Assembly (NCBI RefSeq): GCF_963921235.1
Contig: NC_086097.1
Location: 19,036,001-19,100,000, forward strand
Direction: 5' to 3'
Source: Mobula hypostoma
Lineage: Eukaryota
Length of the DNA: 64,000 nucleotides
The translations under genes were made by a program, and so were the position numbers. The notes beneath the pieces were generated by a model. It was not told where the DNA came from, made no database searches, and worked only from the letters and a program-made list of their open reading frames with translations. Each line of letters opens with the position of its first letter. Position 1 is the first letter of the stretch. This document shows, piece after piece, positions 12,088 to 25,447 of the stretch.

Positions 12088-12358
12088 TTAGAACAGAGGT
12101 AAAGCGGAATTTTTTTTAGCCAGAGTGTAGTGAATCTGTGGAATGCTCTGCCACAGACAGCTGTGGAGGCCAAGATCATGGATATATTTAAAGCAAAAAT
12201 TGATAGTTTCCTGATTGGTCAGGGCATCAAAGGTTATGGTGAGAAGGCAGGTGTATGGGGCTGAGTGGGATCTGGGATCAGCCATGATGGAATGGTGGAG
12301 CAGACTCGATGGGCTGAATGGCCTAATTCTGCTTCTATGTTTCATAGTCTTATGGTCT
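12088..12358 (+). mobile_element. CR1 3' end (continuation of 6318-6714)
   Basis: FFSQSVVNLWNALP-like coding end, CR1 3' UTR, cttatggt tail. Confidence 0.8.
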
Positions 12359-12959
12359 AATCACCTTAAAATTATGCCCCCAAGTATACTGTAAATAATT
12401 TCTATACTGGACAAGGTTCTCTGACTGTGGCTCTTATCAATCTATTTTATCTATCAGCTCAATGTATGTCTCCTATCATTTTGTACAGCTCTATCAATTC
12501 ACCTCTCATTTCCTTCGCTCCAAAGAGAAAAGCCTTAGCTTGTTCAATGTTTCCTCATAAGACATGCTCTCTAATCCTGGTAAATTTCCTCTGCAGCCTC
12601 TATAATGAGGAGACCAGAACTAAACACAATAGTCCAAGAGTGGTCTAACCAGGGTTTTATAGAGCTGCAGCATTACCAGACAGCTCTTGTAATTACTTTA
12701 ATTTGGCATCATATTCTGAGCAGACATCGTGGGTCAAAGGTCCTGTTCCTGAACTGTGTTGTACTATGTTCTCTGCATACCAGTCTGAAATTACAGTGAC
12801 AGCCGTTAGCTGAAGACATATCACAGTTTGAGCTCAGTCCACCTAGACAAGGATCACAATTAGTATCCTTACATTCCATGTTGCGTGTCTCCCTTGCATA
12901 TAACTGAGCGGCTGGTTAGAATGTGGAAACAGTTCTCTACAGGAGGGTCCGTAGCACTC

Positions 12960-13345
12960 TGTTCACGGACTGTTTGTCCCTCTCCCGTCAGCAAGGAGGC
13001 TATGTAGTATCCATGCCAGGACCACCAGACTCAAAAACAAGAAGTAACACTGATCAACACCTCCACCCACAACCCTTCCCCCTCTCTTGAACACCCAAAC
13101 CACCACTACGTCATTATTTCCTGTCTGAGTCTCCTGTTGTACAGACACTCTTGTACCTGGTGTCACTTTATGTACTTACAATCAGTCCGTGTATAGAAGC
13201 TATCTCGGGTATTCATACGTATTTATTGTGTTTTTTATTATTGTGTTCTTTAACTTATTGCGGTTTATTATGTTGCATCAGATCTGCAGTAACAATTTTT
13301 GTTCTCCTTTGAAATGACATTAAACAATCTCGAACCTTGAGCTTG
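12960..13345 (+). mobile_element. Rex1/Babar 3' fragment
   Basis: HGLFVPLPSARR-like end; 3' UTR ends gaaatgacattaaacaatctcgaaccttga. Confidence 0.65.
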
Positions 13346-13567
13346 TTTTCAGCGAGATAGGCAATTCTAACAAACTGACCTCTTGCTGAGACACCCTTCA
13401 GCGTTTCCTCTCATACTTCAGTGACTGGAGGGAAGGACACATCTAGGAGAGTCAGTAGTACCAAAATATTTTTCCAATGATTTTGTTCTCCAAGCACCTG
13501 AAAGTGAGATACCGACGTTCCATTTATGATTGTCAATGATTTATACCATTCCATTCAAGCCATCACT

Positions 13568-14030
13568 TCATAGAGTTGTAGAGGAATACAGCACAGAAGC
13601 AGGCCCTTTGGCCCATCCAGTCCATGCTGAAACCATTTAAACTGCCTGCTCCCACCGACCTGCACCAGGACCATAGCCCTCTGTACCCCCACCAATCATG
13701 TACCTATCCAAACTTCTCTCAAAAAACATTGAAATCAAGCTTACATGCACCAGCTCTTCTGGCAGCCCATTCCACACTCTCACAACCTCCCATCATGTTC
13801 CCATTCAACTTTTCACCTTTCACCCTTAAACCATGACCTCTGGTTGTAGTCCCACCCAACCTTAGTGAAAAAAGCCTGCTTGCATTTACCCTATCCATAC
13901 CTCACATAAGATAACTCTATCAAATCTCCTCCCAAATCTTCTACGTTCCGAGGAATAAAGTCCTAACTTACTCAATCTTTCCTTGTAACTCAGGTCCTCC
14001 AGACCTGGCAAAATCCTTGTAAATTTTCAA
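13568..14030 (-). mobile_element. CR1 3' fragment
   Basis: catagagttgtagag...aggccctttggcccatc tail and decayed RT C-terminus. Confidence 0.7.
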
Positions 14031-15559
14031 CCCAGTATGTGAAGAGCCAATTCTCATTTTTCACTGAGTCTTTAAAGAGAGCACGCTCACACCAAGCTTG
14101 TTTGCTGCTCTGTTCATGATACAAAAAGACAAATCATTCTTTGACCCTGTGAAAGATGTAAGAGGGAAGGTGAGCAGAATAAATCACCGCACTGCATAAT
14201 TGGTGTGAAATTGGACTTCTGACAGTTGAAAGAAGCATGAAGATCATTGCATTAGAAGTTTCAGTTTAACCATCATTGCTAATACATTTGGAGAGAAGAA
14301 AAACACATTGCAGGGGATACAGAATGTAAATTGAACAATGCCCGGTGTGTACAAATTATAGTTCTAATTATGGAGCAGTCCAACCTAAAATTACCCATTG
14401 TCAAGCTCAGCTTAATGTGTGTGAACATCTCAGCTGATTTTGTCCCTGTTTATTTGACAGCATAAAAAATAATTACAGAACATATTTAAGAAAAGTCAGT
14501 ATTACTCACAAGCACATTGATTTTTTTTTCTTATTCATTCATCCGATGAGATAACTCTGCCACAGGAAGCATTTATTGCCCATTCTAACTTATTGAACAT
14601 TTGGTTTGTCAGGCCATTTCAAAGGGCAGCAACTGACATCTTGTGCCTGTTCCACTGCAGTTAAGTTTACCTCAGCACCACATCCCTGTATTAACCCTAT
14701 ATCCCTTGGATTCAAAACATCCTAAAAGTCTATCAATCTCAGTCAAGATATTTCTTTTTCAATTTTGGGGTTTGTGCAGTACTGGCAAGGGTGGTATTTA
14801 TTGTCGATCTGTTCTGCCCTTGAGAAGGCAGTGGTGGGCCGCCATTTTGAACCACTGCAGCCCTCCTATTGAAGAACCCCCACAGTGTTGTTAGGTCAGG
14901 AGTTCCAGGATTTGGATCCAGCGACGCTAAAGTAACAGTGGCCATGAGACATAGGAACAGAATTTGCCCTTTCATCCCGTCGACGCTGCTCCACCTTTCC
15001 ATCATGGTTAATTCATGTTTTCGCTCAACCCCATTCTCCTGCTTTCTCCCCGTAGCCTTTGATGCCCTTATTAACCAAGAACCTGTCAACCTCCGCTTTA
15101 AATACATATACTCAATAACTCGGCCTCCTCAGCTGTCAGTGACAATGAATTCTACGGATTCACCACCTTACCCACACAGTGTGTGTGAAGGGCTTGCACT
15201 AGAACCTGCAGAAGGTAGGGTTACTATCGCGCCTTCTGCCCTTGTCCTTCTTGGTGGTAAAAGTCATGGGTTTGGGAGGTGCTGTCAGAGTGGCCCGGAT
15301 GCTGCGTACCATAGCTCCACTGTGCTGATGGTAGAAGCAATATATGGTTTGGTCAGTAAATGTGGCTCCATTCAAACAAACTGTTTTGTCCTAGATGGAG
15401 TTAAAGTTAAATTTTCACTTCTCCAGGCAAGGGGAGGGTAGTCTGTCACATCTAGACTTGTGCTCGTACATAATAGAAAGGCCTTGGATTATCAGGAGGT
15501 GGATCACTTGTCATAGAATACCCTGCACTGAGCTGTACTTATTATTTCTTTGCTTTGAT

Positions 15560-16095
15560 CAGATTCAGATTGAGATTTATTTGTCAAGTCTACATTGAAA
15601 CATACAGTGAAATGTATCATCAGCACTAGTAACAAGCAAACTCAAAGATGTGCTGGGTGCCCAGAATGCTCGGCAGATCAACATAGCACAACAAAATGGA
15701 ACATAGCAACCAATAAAACAACAACAGCAAAACAAGCAACTTTCCTCCTTCCCACCCACTCACACACACTAAAACCTCAGGCATCGAGGCCTCCAGGGCT
15801 CCAGTCTTCAGCCTTCAGTCATTGGGCTTTGACTTCCAGACTTCCAGTCAACCTTCGTATTCAATCGATCCCTCAGCTAGAAGAACCCCTAACTCCAGGC
15901 TCAAAACCCCAGCTCACCAACTTACTAACCCTCATATCTCCTGCTCGCACAGTCATCCGATTCCAGGAGCCACCGACCTGGGACAGCCAACATCTATGGA
16001 CTTCCCTCTTCATACATCCATATCTCTGGCCCTCCAGCGCGTAGCGGATGGGCAGACTCCCGATATCCTTCGAACCATGTCCACTTCACTGACCG
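15560..16095 (-). mobile_element. Non-autonomous element with Rex1-type tail
   Basis: cagattcagattgagatttatttgtca...catacagtgaaatg tail; similar to 2572-3140. Confidence 0.5.
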
Positions 16096-16224
16096 GTTGA
16101 ATTTCTGGGCCAGGGTCATCCCCAAAATATTGATGATCGGGGAGAGGGGGGTTCAACAGTGATACCATTGAATGGAGAGGTGGTTAAATGATTTCTCATT
16201 TCTAAACTTGAATCCTGATGCAAT

Positions 16225-16670
16225 TCAAGATGGTTTAATGTCATTTCCAGTGGACAAGTGTAAAAGTGAACAAAATAATTGTTACTCCTGATCCAGTACA
16301 GCACAAAAATAACACAATAAGACAAACAACTCAATATTGAAAAACACAATAAAAATAAATACTGAAGATAGTTTATGTACATAGATTGATTATATGTTCA
16401 TAAGGGATGCTCAGCACAGGAATGTCACAGCGTCATAGATATGTGTTGGTCAGCCTTACTGCTTGGGGAAAGTAACTATTTTAGAGTCTGGTGGTCCTGG
16501 CATGGATGCTATGTAGCCTCCTCCCAGATGGGAATGGAACAAACAGTCCATGAGTAGGGTGGGTGGGATCCTTCATGATGTCACTGGCCCTTTACCAGCA
16601 CCTTTCTGTATATGTATGTCCTCGATGGCAGGAAGGCTGGTGCTGGTGATGCATTCAACAGTTTAGAGAA
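16225..16670 (-). mobile_element. Rex1/Babar 3' fragment
   Basis: Reverse complement of the family at 12960-13345. Confidence 0.65.
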
Positions 16671-17109
16671 CCTGACGATAGAACAATACGCCATTTGCCT
16701 CCTTAATCATTGCTGCAACTAACTGGTAGCACTTCATGATTAATACACAAGAACACCTAGATCTCTCTATACTTCGTTCATCTACAATTCTTATTCAGTA
16801 AGATATTTGCCTGACTTTAGATTCCTCCTACCAAAGTGAAGCAGCCTTTAATGTGGCACCTTACAATCTAAAAATCCAAATACTCTACATCTATAGGCTT
16901 TCCCTTATTGAGTCTGCTTTTTTTAATCTCAAAGAATTCCAGCAGATTTGCCAAACAGGCTTTACCTTTGAGAAAATAAAGTTGCCCTGGTTTGATTACA
17001 TTAAGCTGCTCCAGATGACTGGCTATTTCTCAATTGATTATGAGCTCCATTTGCCACGGTGCACGCTCACAGGACTGGACCCAAGTGCAGAAGTACCGTA
17101 GACTAGCTC

Positions 17110-17439
17110 TGTCACAGTGGTTGCTGGCATCGGCTCAAGCCAAGTGCAGCAGACGGCAGCCTCAGGCTTGTTAGGCTCTGACAATGACTAAAACCCAGGA
17201 GCGGAGAACGGCAGACTCCCCGTGAAGAGGTGGAAACAAGAGGATAGACATGGGAATACCAACAGAGCACTGGGGGCAGAACTGAGCAACACCTCGAGTC
17301 AAATCATTCTACAACACACAGTAGCACTTCAGTTACAGAGCACAACGAGAGTCCCCTTTAAATAATCATAGTACATGGAAAATACGTGCCGATCACAATC
17401 AACCTGACAAGACCAAAATGAAAGCATCCAGGCTTAACA
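17110..17439 (-). mobile_element. Probable Gypsy-type solo LTR
   Basis: TG...CA ends (TGTCAC...TTAACA), 4-bp TSD GCTC at 17106-17109 and 17440-17443, TATA-like atttaaa on the minus strand. Confidence 0.45.
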
Positions 17440-17464
17440 GCTCTAACAATTAGTAAATACAGGT

Positions 17465-17545
17465 AACACACACAAAATGCCGTGGAACGCAGCAGGCCAG
17501 GCAGCATCCATAGGAAGAAGTACAGTCGACGTTTCGGGCCGAAAT
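17465..17545 (-). mobile_element. Penelope-like pLTR end with 3' half of the hammerhead motif
   Basis: Reverse complement cggcccGAAAcGTCgactgta...gatgctgcctggcctgctgcgttcc. Confidence 0.7.
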
Positions 17546-18157
17546 GCAGACGCTTGAGAAACCCAGAAGCCCAAAGCTCTACGCAAGCCACAAAGGCATG
17601 TAGGGATCATGAGACCAGCATTTCACCAGTGACGGTTGCTAGGCTAACAGGACTACATCTTTGTGTCTTCTGTCCTTCTTTAACAAGGGAGGCACGTGCA
17701 GTTTTTCTGCAACTTGTGAGTTTTAAAAAGTTTCAATTAAAGGCTCTGCTTTCTCTGCAGTTGTTTCCTTTAAAGCTCTTCATTACACACCTTTAGAACC
17801 TGGCAACGTAACTGTAGGTGAAATACAGTGCATGAAAGTGGGTGGTCATGCGCTTTGGTAGAAGGAATAAATGCATAGACTGCTTTCTGAATGAGGAGAA
17901 AATTCAGAAATCAGATGTGCCAAGCGTCTTGGGAGTCTTCATGCAGGATTCCCTAAAGGTGAACTTGCAAGCTGGGTCAGTGGTAAATAAGGCAAATGCA
18001 ACGTTAAGGTCATAGAGTCATAGAACACTGCAGCACAGGAAAAAGTCCCTTTGGCCCATCTAGTCCATGCTGGATCCTGGACTTCCTGTCAGATCACCGG
18101 CAGGTGGTAAGAGTGGGCTCCCTCAACTCTACTCCTCTGACCCTCAACCCAGGTGCC

Positions 18158-20060
18158 CCTCAAGCTTTTCAACCTTGCTGATGGGGATTTCATACACTGT
18201 TAAAGGCCACATGAGTCTTGGGAGTATGCCAAACTGGAAGCACCACAGCTGGAGTTTTCCTGGCAGCAAGGTCTTGTTGATGCGAGCTATGTACATGATG
18301 GTCTCCTTTTTGAGTTGTTCAAGCTGCTCAGTGTCCTTGAGCATAGCATCATACCATCGGCCCAAGCTCTTCACTGGCATTTCTGAAACAGTTGGGACAG
18401 CTGTCCCGTCAATCTGAAATCTTCTATCCGTGACCTGACCTTTGACAATGGAGATGCTTCTGCACTTGCTGGGCTTGGTCTTCATCCTCGCCCATGTGAT
18501 GTTTTAGAAACATAGAAACATAGAAACATAGAAAATAGGTGCAGGAGTAGGCCATTCGGCCCTTCGAGCCTGCACCGCCATTTATTATGATCATGGCTGA
18601 TCATCCAACTCAGAACCCAGCCTTCCCTCCATACCCCCTGACCCCTGTAGCCACAAGGGCCATATCTAACTTCCTTTTAAACATAGCTAATGAACTGGCC
18701 TCAACTGTTTCCTGTGGCAGAGAATTCCACAGATTCACCACTCTCTGTGTGAAGAAGTTCTTCCTAATCTCGGTCCTAAAAGGCTTCCCCTCTATCCTCA
18801 AACTGTGACCCCTCGTTCTGGACCTCCCCAACATCGGGAACAATCTTCCCGCATCTAGCCTGTCCAATCCCTTTAGGATCTTATACGTTTCAATCAGATC
18901 CCCCCTCAATCTTCTAAATTCCAACGAGTACAAGCCCAGTTCATCCAGTCTTTCTTCATATGAAAGACCTGCCATCCCAGGAATCAATCTGGTGAACCTT
19001 CTTTGTACTCCCTCTATGGCAAAGATGTCTTTCCTCAGATTAGGGGACCAAAACTGCACACAATACTCCAGGTGTGGTCTCACCAAGGCCTTGTACAACT
19101 GCAGTAGTACCTCCCTGCTCCTGTACTCGAATCCTCTCACTATAAATGCCAGCATACCGTTCGCCTTTTTCACCGCCTGCTGTACCTGCATGCCCACTTT
19201 CAATGACTGGTGTATAATGACACCCAGGTCTCGTTGCACCTCCCCTTTTCCTAATCGGCCACCATTCAGATAATAATCTGTTTTCCTATTTTTGCCACCA
19301 AAGTGGATAACTTCACATTTATCCACATTAAATTGCATCTGCCATGAGTTTGCCCACTCACCCAACCTATCCAAGTCACCCTGCATCCTCTTAGCATCCT
19401 CCTCACTGCTAACACTGCCACCCAGCTTCGTGTCATCCGCAAACTTGGAGATGCTGCATTTAATTCCCTCATCCAAGTCATTAATATATATTGTAAACAA
19501 CTGGGGTCCCAGCACTGAGCCTTGCGGTACCCCACTAGTCACCGCCTGCCATTCTGAAAAGGTCCCGTTTATTCCCACTCTTTGCTTCCTGTCTGCTAAC
19601 CAATTCTCCACCCACACCAATACCTTACCCCCAAAAGGTTTGATGAAGCTTTTCCAGAAGTCTCTTGGTGCAGGGGAAAGTTGTCGTCAGTATTGTTATA
19701 TCGTCCATATAGGCTCGTATCGGTGGTAACCGTTGGCCAAACTGTAGCCCTTTTCCTCCCGCAACCCATTTTGAGGCTCTGTTAATGAGTTCCGTTGCCA
19801 TCGTGAAGGCCAATGGGGAGATGGTGCACCCCGCCATGATGCCTACTTCCAGTGGCTGCCATGCTGTTGTGAAGTCTGATGTTGTGAGACAGACTTGCAG
19901 ATCCTGGAAGTAGTGTTTTACCAGATTTGTTATTGTTGCAGGCACCTGAAAGAATTCAAATGCAGTCCACAGTAGGGAATGAGGAATTGATCCATAGGCA
20001 TTGGCCAGGTCGAGGAACAAGACATGCAGGTCCTTCCTTTCTTTCTTAGCCATCTGGATT
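18158..20060 (-). mobile_element. HERO-like (R2 superfamily) non-LTR retrotransposon RT fragment, split by a CR1 insertion
   Basis: FLDLANAYGSIPH, GIMAGCTISPLAF, AYMDD, VKSLGRWY, LPRLMWPLTVYEIP; halves 19639-20060 and 18158-18505 rejoin as EKLHQNITWARMKTKPSK. Confidence 0.8.
18506..19634 (-). mobile_element. Young 5'-truncated CR1 LINE
   Basis: Open 336-aa RT C-terminus (18610-19620); (tagaaaca)n tail; about 99% identical by eye to 59461-60589. Confidence 0.95.
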
Positions 20061-20317
20061 AACTTTGGAGGAATTGAACAAGTTGCCGTGCCAACAGAGG
20101 TTAAAAATATCTCTGAAAGGTAGAAAGCTTCAGGCAATATTATGAGAGAAATTGAGAGAGAACTGTGCTATCTTCCCTCTGTTACCTGCTGTCTGAAAGA
20201 GGAAATTAAGTTTGCAACTGAGTTATTTAGCTGTTCTTATCACCCTCCTTCTTTGTTAGCCTCGGATTTTTATTTATAGATTGATGTTAACTGGCCCAGC
20301 AATACCATTCTCGTTTT

Positions 20318-20590
20318 TAGAGATACAGCACAGAACAGGCTCTTCCAGCCAAATGAGCTGTGCCAACCAGCAACCCACTCATTTAACACTAGCCTGATCA
20401 CAGGACAATTTACAATGACCGACTAACCTACTAACCGGTACATCTTTGGACTATGGGAGCACCCCAAGGAATCCCACACAGTCATGGAAAAAACATACAA
20501 AGTCCTTACAGATGGTGCCAAAACTGAACTCTGATCTCTGATGCCCCGAGCTGTAATAGTGTCACACCTACCACTACGCTACCGTTGTCT
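20318..20590 (-). mobile_element. tRNA-derived V-SINE
   Basis: Reverse-complement head cggtagcgtagtggtagg, V-domain, CR1-like tail ctgtgctgtatctctaaa. Confidence 0.75.
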
Positions 20591-22007
20591 CCTTCCCTGA
20601 CAGTACACTTCACCGTGCCCCTCACCTGCACTGAGACAGGTCAGCAATGAGACAATGGCAGAGGGCCACGGGGCAAAGAGGCAATCCTGTACTGCACACC
20701 AGCCGTGGCTCACTGGGTGTTTTGTTGTACTCTCTGCCAGAACATTAAGCGCCAAACCCCACTCCTAAGGGCGGGGGCAGAAAAATCCAGGCGAACTATG
20801 TAGTGCAGTGGTAGGATTCTGGTGCACCGTGGAGGTGCCATTTCTCTGATGTGGTATTAAACCAACCTCCTCTGCATCGGTAAGACCCAATTCAGATTGG
20901 GGAACTGCTTTGTCGAGTGCACACTAGTGACATTGAAACATACAGCACGGAAATTATTCCCTTCGACCCATCTCCTCCATGCTCGCCACGATACCTATGG
21001 ACACCCAACCCATTTCTCTGCATTAGGCCCTGATTCCTCTATGCCTTTCTGATCCATATACCTGACGCCACGCTTTTAAAGTATTGCATTTAAACACGCA
21101 GCTTAAGTCTGTCTGGGAAAACATACCCCACAGATCTCCGTTAAACTTCTCCCCTCTTATATTAAACCTGTGCCAACTCATTTCAGACTCTCTTGTCCTG
21201 GGAAAACTTAAAGAACTCTTTGCATGAGAAAGAATTGTCAAGCTCAACTTCAGATTTTCCATAAAACCGTGTTGGTTCTGCTTAATTGTAACATTTTTAT
21301 ATATTCTGCTCCTGCTTTCATAATAATGGTATTCAGTATTTTACAGCTGACAGATATTCAACACACCAGTCTGCTTTCTGTCTCCTTCTTATCTTGAACA
21401 TAAGCAGTCTTCGAATCCACAGGGATCCATTCAGAATGTTGAGAACTCTGGACGATAACAACCACTACCTATATGTTGGCTGTCTCTGCTGCCATTTCTT
21501 TTATAGCCCTGGGAGAAAGGCAATCAAGATCCAGGGGACCCCTGAATCTTCCGCCCCATTAGATTAGCTCGTCTTCTTCTCTATGAAAATTGTTTTAAGT
21601 TTAGAACATAGATAATAGAACTCCACAGCATAAAACAGGCCCCCTGGCCCAAAATGTATTTTTCACCATTTAACCTACTCTGAGATTAATCTAATTCTTC
21701 CCTCTGACATGGCCCTCCATTTTTCTATCACCCATGTGCCTATCTAAGTGTTTCTTGAATGTCCCTAATATATCTGCCTCTACCATCACCCCTGGCAGGG
21801 TGTTCCATGCACCCACCACTCTCTGTGTAAAAAAAAACTTTCCTCTGACATCTCCCTATACTTTACTCCAATCACCTTAGAATTGTGCCCTCTGGTAGTA
21901 GTCACTTCCACACTGGGAAAAAACTTCAGCTATCCAAAAACCTTTTTCTTCCTCCTCTTTGCTTCCTCCCCTCCTTTTATTATTGGTACACCTTTAACGT
22001 TCCTTAT

Positions 22008-24080
22008 AAGACCATGAGATATAGGAGTAGAATTAGGCCATTTAGCCCATCGAGTCCGCTCAGACATTTTGCTGTGGCAGATCTATTTTCCCTCTCAGCC
22101 CCTATCTTCTCCCTTCATGCCCTGACCAATCATGTAACTATCAAATTGTACCTTAAAAATACATAAAGACTTGGCCTCCATAGCGTCTGTGGCAAGAAAT
22201 TCCATAGATTCACCACTCTCTAGCTAAAGAAATCCCTCCTCATCTCCACACGGAAGGTTAGTTAGGAAGGTTCAATCATTAGGTATTAATATTGAAGTAG
22301 TAAAATGGAATCAGCAGTGGCTGGATGGGAGACGCCAGAGAGTAGTGGTGGATAACTAATTGGAGGCCAGTGACTAGTCGTGTGCTTTAGGGATCTGTAC
22401 TGGGTCCAATGTTGTTTGTCATATACATTAATGATCTGGATGAGGGGGTGGTAAATTGGATTAGTAAGTATGCAGATGATACTAAGATAGGTGGAGTTGT
22501 GGATAATGAAGTAGATTTTCAAAGCTTGCAGAGAGATTTAGGCCAGTTAGAAGAGTGGGCTGAAAGATGGCAGATGGAGTTTAATGCTGATAAACGAGAG
22601 GTGCTACATTTTGGTAGGACTAATCAAAATAGGACATACATGGTAAATGGTAGGGCATTGAGGAATGCAGTAGAACATGGGGATCTAGGGATAATTGTAC
22701 ATAGTTCCCTGAAGGTGGAATCTCATGTGGATAGGGTAGTGAAGAAAGCTTTTGGTATGCTGGCCTTTATAAATCAGAGCATTGGGTATAGGAGTTGGGA
22801 AGTAATGGTGAAATTGTACAAGGCATTGGTAAGGCCAAATTTGGAGTATTGTGTACAGTTCTGGCCACCGAATTATAGGAAGGCTGTCAACAAAATAGAG
22901 AGAGTGCAGAGGAGATTTACTAAAATGTTGCTTGGGTTTCTTCTCCTAAGTTACAGAGAAAGGTTGAATAAGTTGGGTCTTTATTCTTTGGAGCGTAGAA
23001 GGTTGAGGTGGGACTTGATAAAGGTATTTAAAATTATGAGGGGGATAGATAGAGTTGACGTGGATAGGCTTTTTCCATTGAGAGTGGGGGAGATTCAAAC
23101 AAGAGGACATGAGTTGAGAGTTAAAGGGCAAAAGTTTAGGGGTAACATGAGGGGGAACTTCTTTACTCAGAGAGTAGTAGCTGTGTGGAACGAGCTTCCA
23201 GCAGAAGTGGTTGAGGCAGGTTCGATGTTGTCATTTAAAGTTAAATTAGATAGATATATGGACAGGAAAGGAGTGGAAGGTTATGGGTTGAGTGCAGGTC
23301 GGTGGGACCAGGTGAGAGTAAGTGTTCAGCACGGACTAGAAGGGCCGAGATGGCTGTTTCCATGCTGTAATTGTTATATGGTTATATGGACATCCCTCTG
23401 TTCTGAGACTTCATCCTCGGGTCTGAAAACCCCAATGCTAGGAAACATCCTCTCCAAATACACTCTATCAAGACTTTAATGCAGTCACCCCCTCATTCTT
23501 CTGACTTCCAGTGAGTAGAGTCCTAGAGCCATCAAACATTCCTCATATGATAAGCCTTTCAATCCTAAAATCAATTTTTGTGAACCTCCTTTGAACCCCC
23601 TCCAATGTCAACACATCCTCTCTTTGCTAAGGGGCCCAAAACCGCTCACAATACTCCAAGTGAAGCCTCACTAATGCTTTATAAAACCTCAACATTACAT
23701 TCTTGCTTTTATATTCCAGTCCTCTTGAAATGAATGCTGATTTCGCATTTGCCTTCCTCACCACAGACTCAACCTGCAAATTAATCAGGGAATCCTGCTC
23801 AAGCACTCCTAAATTCCTTTGTACCTTAGACTTTTGAATTTTCTCTCCATTTAGAAAATAGTCTATGCTTTTTTTTCTTCTACCGAAGTGCATAACCAAG
23901 CACTTCCTTACACCGTATTCCATTTGCCACCTCTTTGCCGACTCTTCTAATCCGTCCAAGTCCTCTGCAGCTTCTCTGCTTCCTCAAAACTACCTGCCCC
24001 TCCGCCTGTCTTCATATCGTCTGCACACAGGGCCCCAAAGGCATCAGTTCCATCACTGAAATCATTGACGTATAACATCA
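22008..24080 (-). mobile_element. CR1 3' fragment, interrupted by a + strand CR1
   Basis: aagaccat tail at about 22010; RT C-terminal ORF 23627-23959; sequence continuous across 22247-23388. Confidence 0.8.
22247..23388 (+). mobile_element. 5'-truncated CR1 LINE
   Basis: ORF from 22409: YINDLD, KYADD, VRPNLEYC, FFTQRVV; (ttatatgg)n tail. Confidence 0.92.
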
Positions 24081-25117
24081 GTATTTACCATTTCTTTATT
24101 TTTCAAAATGAAGTTCAGAATTGACCAAATAAACTGCCAATAGCACTTCATTGGAATGTGGGCGGAAACCTCAGCACTTCTGGAATCTGACACAGTCGCA
24201 AGGAGAACATGAGAATCCCACATGGAAAGCATCGGAGATCGGCATTGAGCTCAGCTCCCGGGAGCTGTGAGGCAGCAGCTCTACCCACTGTACCACCATT
24301 CCACCCGACATACTCCCTGCCAGTATTCCCTTTGAATTTACTTCCTCCCTCTCTTTTGCCGGTTTCTCAAATGTTCCCAGTCTTCTGGTCAAACACTAAT
24401 TTCCACTAATCACCATCCTTTTTTTAAATTTTAGTCAGTACTCATGGATTCTCTTTCTCACAGACTTTAGTTCCCAATAAGATATGCCTTCTTTAAGAAT
24501 AATGAAAAATTTCTTTAAATATCATCTCTTGTCTCATAATTAATTTTTCCCAGTCCACTTTATCCACACAGACTTTGTACCTTTGTAATCGTGTTCATTT
24601 GTTTAAGACCCTAATTTCGGAGCTGAGACTCTCACCATGAAGCTGAGTGTAAAAGTCTATCGTGTTCTGATTGGTCTTCTGTAGTGAATCCTGGAGCATG
24701 AGGCCATTAATTAATCCCGTTTCTCTCATCGTAGACTGTTCACTGGTAGATTTGAAAATGTATAATTATAAGAAATTGTCCAAACTACATTCCTTGGTAA
24801 CAGATCCAAGGGGAATATTTCAAAGGAGACATCATGGATGGTTCTCCTGCCCCGGGCCAATATTTACCTTCATTCTACATAATTAAAAGCAGATTATCTG
24901 ATGATTATTAGAACTTGCTATGCACAGATTGGCTGCCTCATCTCCTATTATAACCATGCCTACACTTCAAAAGTTCTTCATTAGCTGCAAAGTGCTCTGG
25001 GACAGACAGAGCTTTGGCTGGGAACTGCCTTGTAATTTACAGACGGCAATCAAATGCAGTATATGTTCTTTAGCTGATATCCGCTATGAAAGATCTAGAC
25101 AACGCACACGCAGGCTT

Positions 25118-25118
25118 A

Positions 25119-25145
<27 letters not shown>
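25118..25145 (+). repeat. (CA)n microsatellite
   Basis: Direct reading. Confidence 0.95.
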
Positions 25146-25150
<5 letters not shown>

Positions 25151-25154
25151 TGAT

Positions 25155-25447
25155 GGGTGCCATGGTATCGTAGCAGTTAACATGATGCTATTACAAATCA
25201 GGGTGTCAGAGTTCAGAGTTCATTTCCGGTGTCAGCTGTAAGGAGTTTATATGTTCTCTCTGTGACTGTGTGGTTTTCCTCAGAGTGTTCCGGTTTCCTC
25301 CTACAGTCCAAAGACGACAGATTAGTAGGTTAATTGGTCATTGAAATTGTCCTGTGATTAGGCTAGTGTTAAACAGGTGGGTTATTGTGTACACAGCTCA
25401 TTGAGCTAGAAGGGTCTGTTCCACACTGTATCTCTAAATAAAAATAA
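25155..25447 (+). mobile_element. tRNA-derived V-SINE
   Basis: Head tggtatcgtagcagttaa, V-domain ctgtgactgtgtggttttcctcagagtgttccggtttcctcc, tail ctgtatctctaaataaaaataaaa. Confidence 0.8.

Noticed and set aside
20061..20137. N-terminus of ORF 19625-20137
   Set aside because: Flanking sequence beyond the 5' truncation of the HERO-like element
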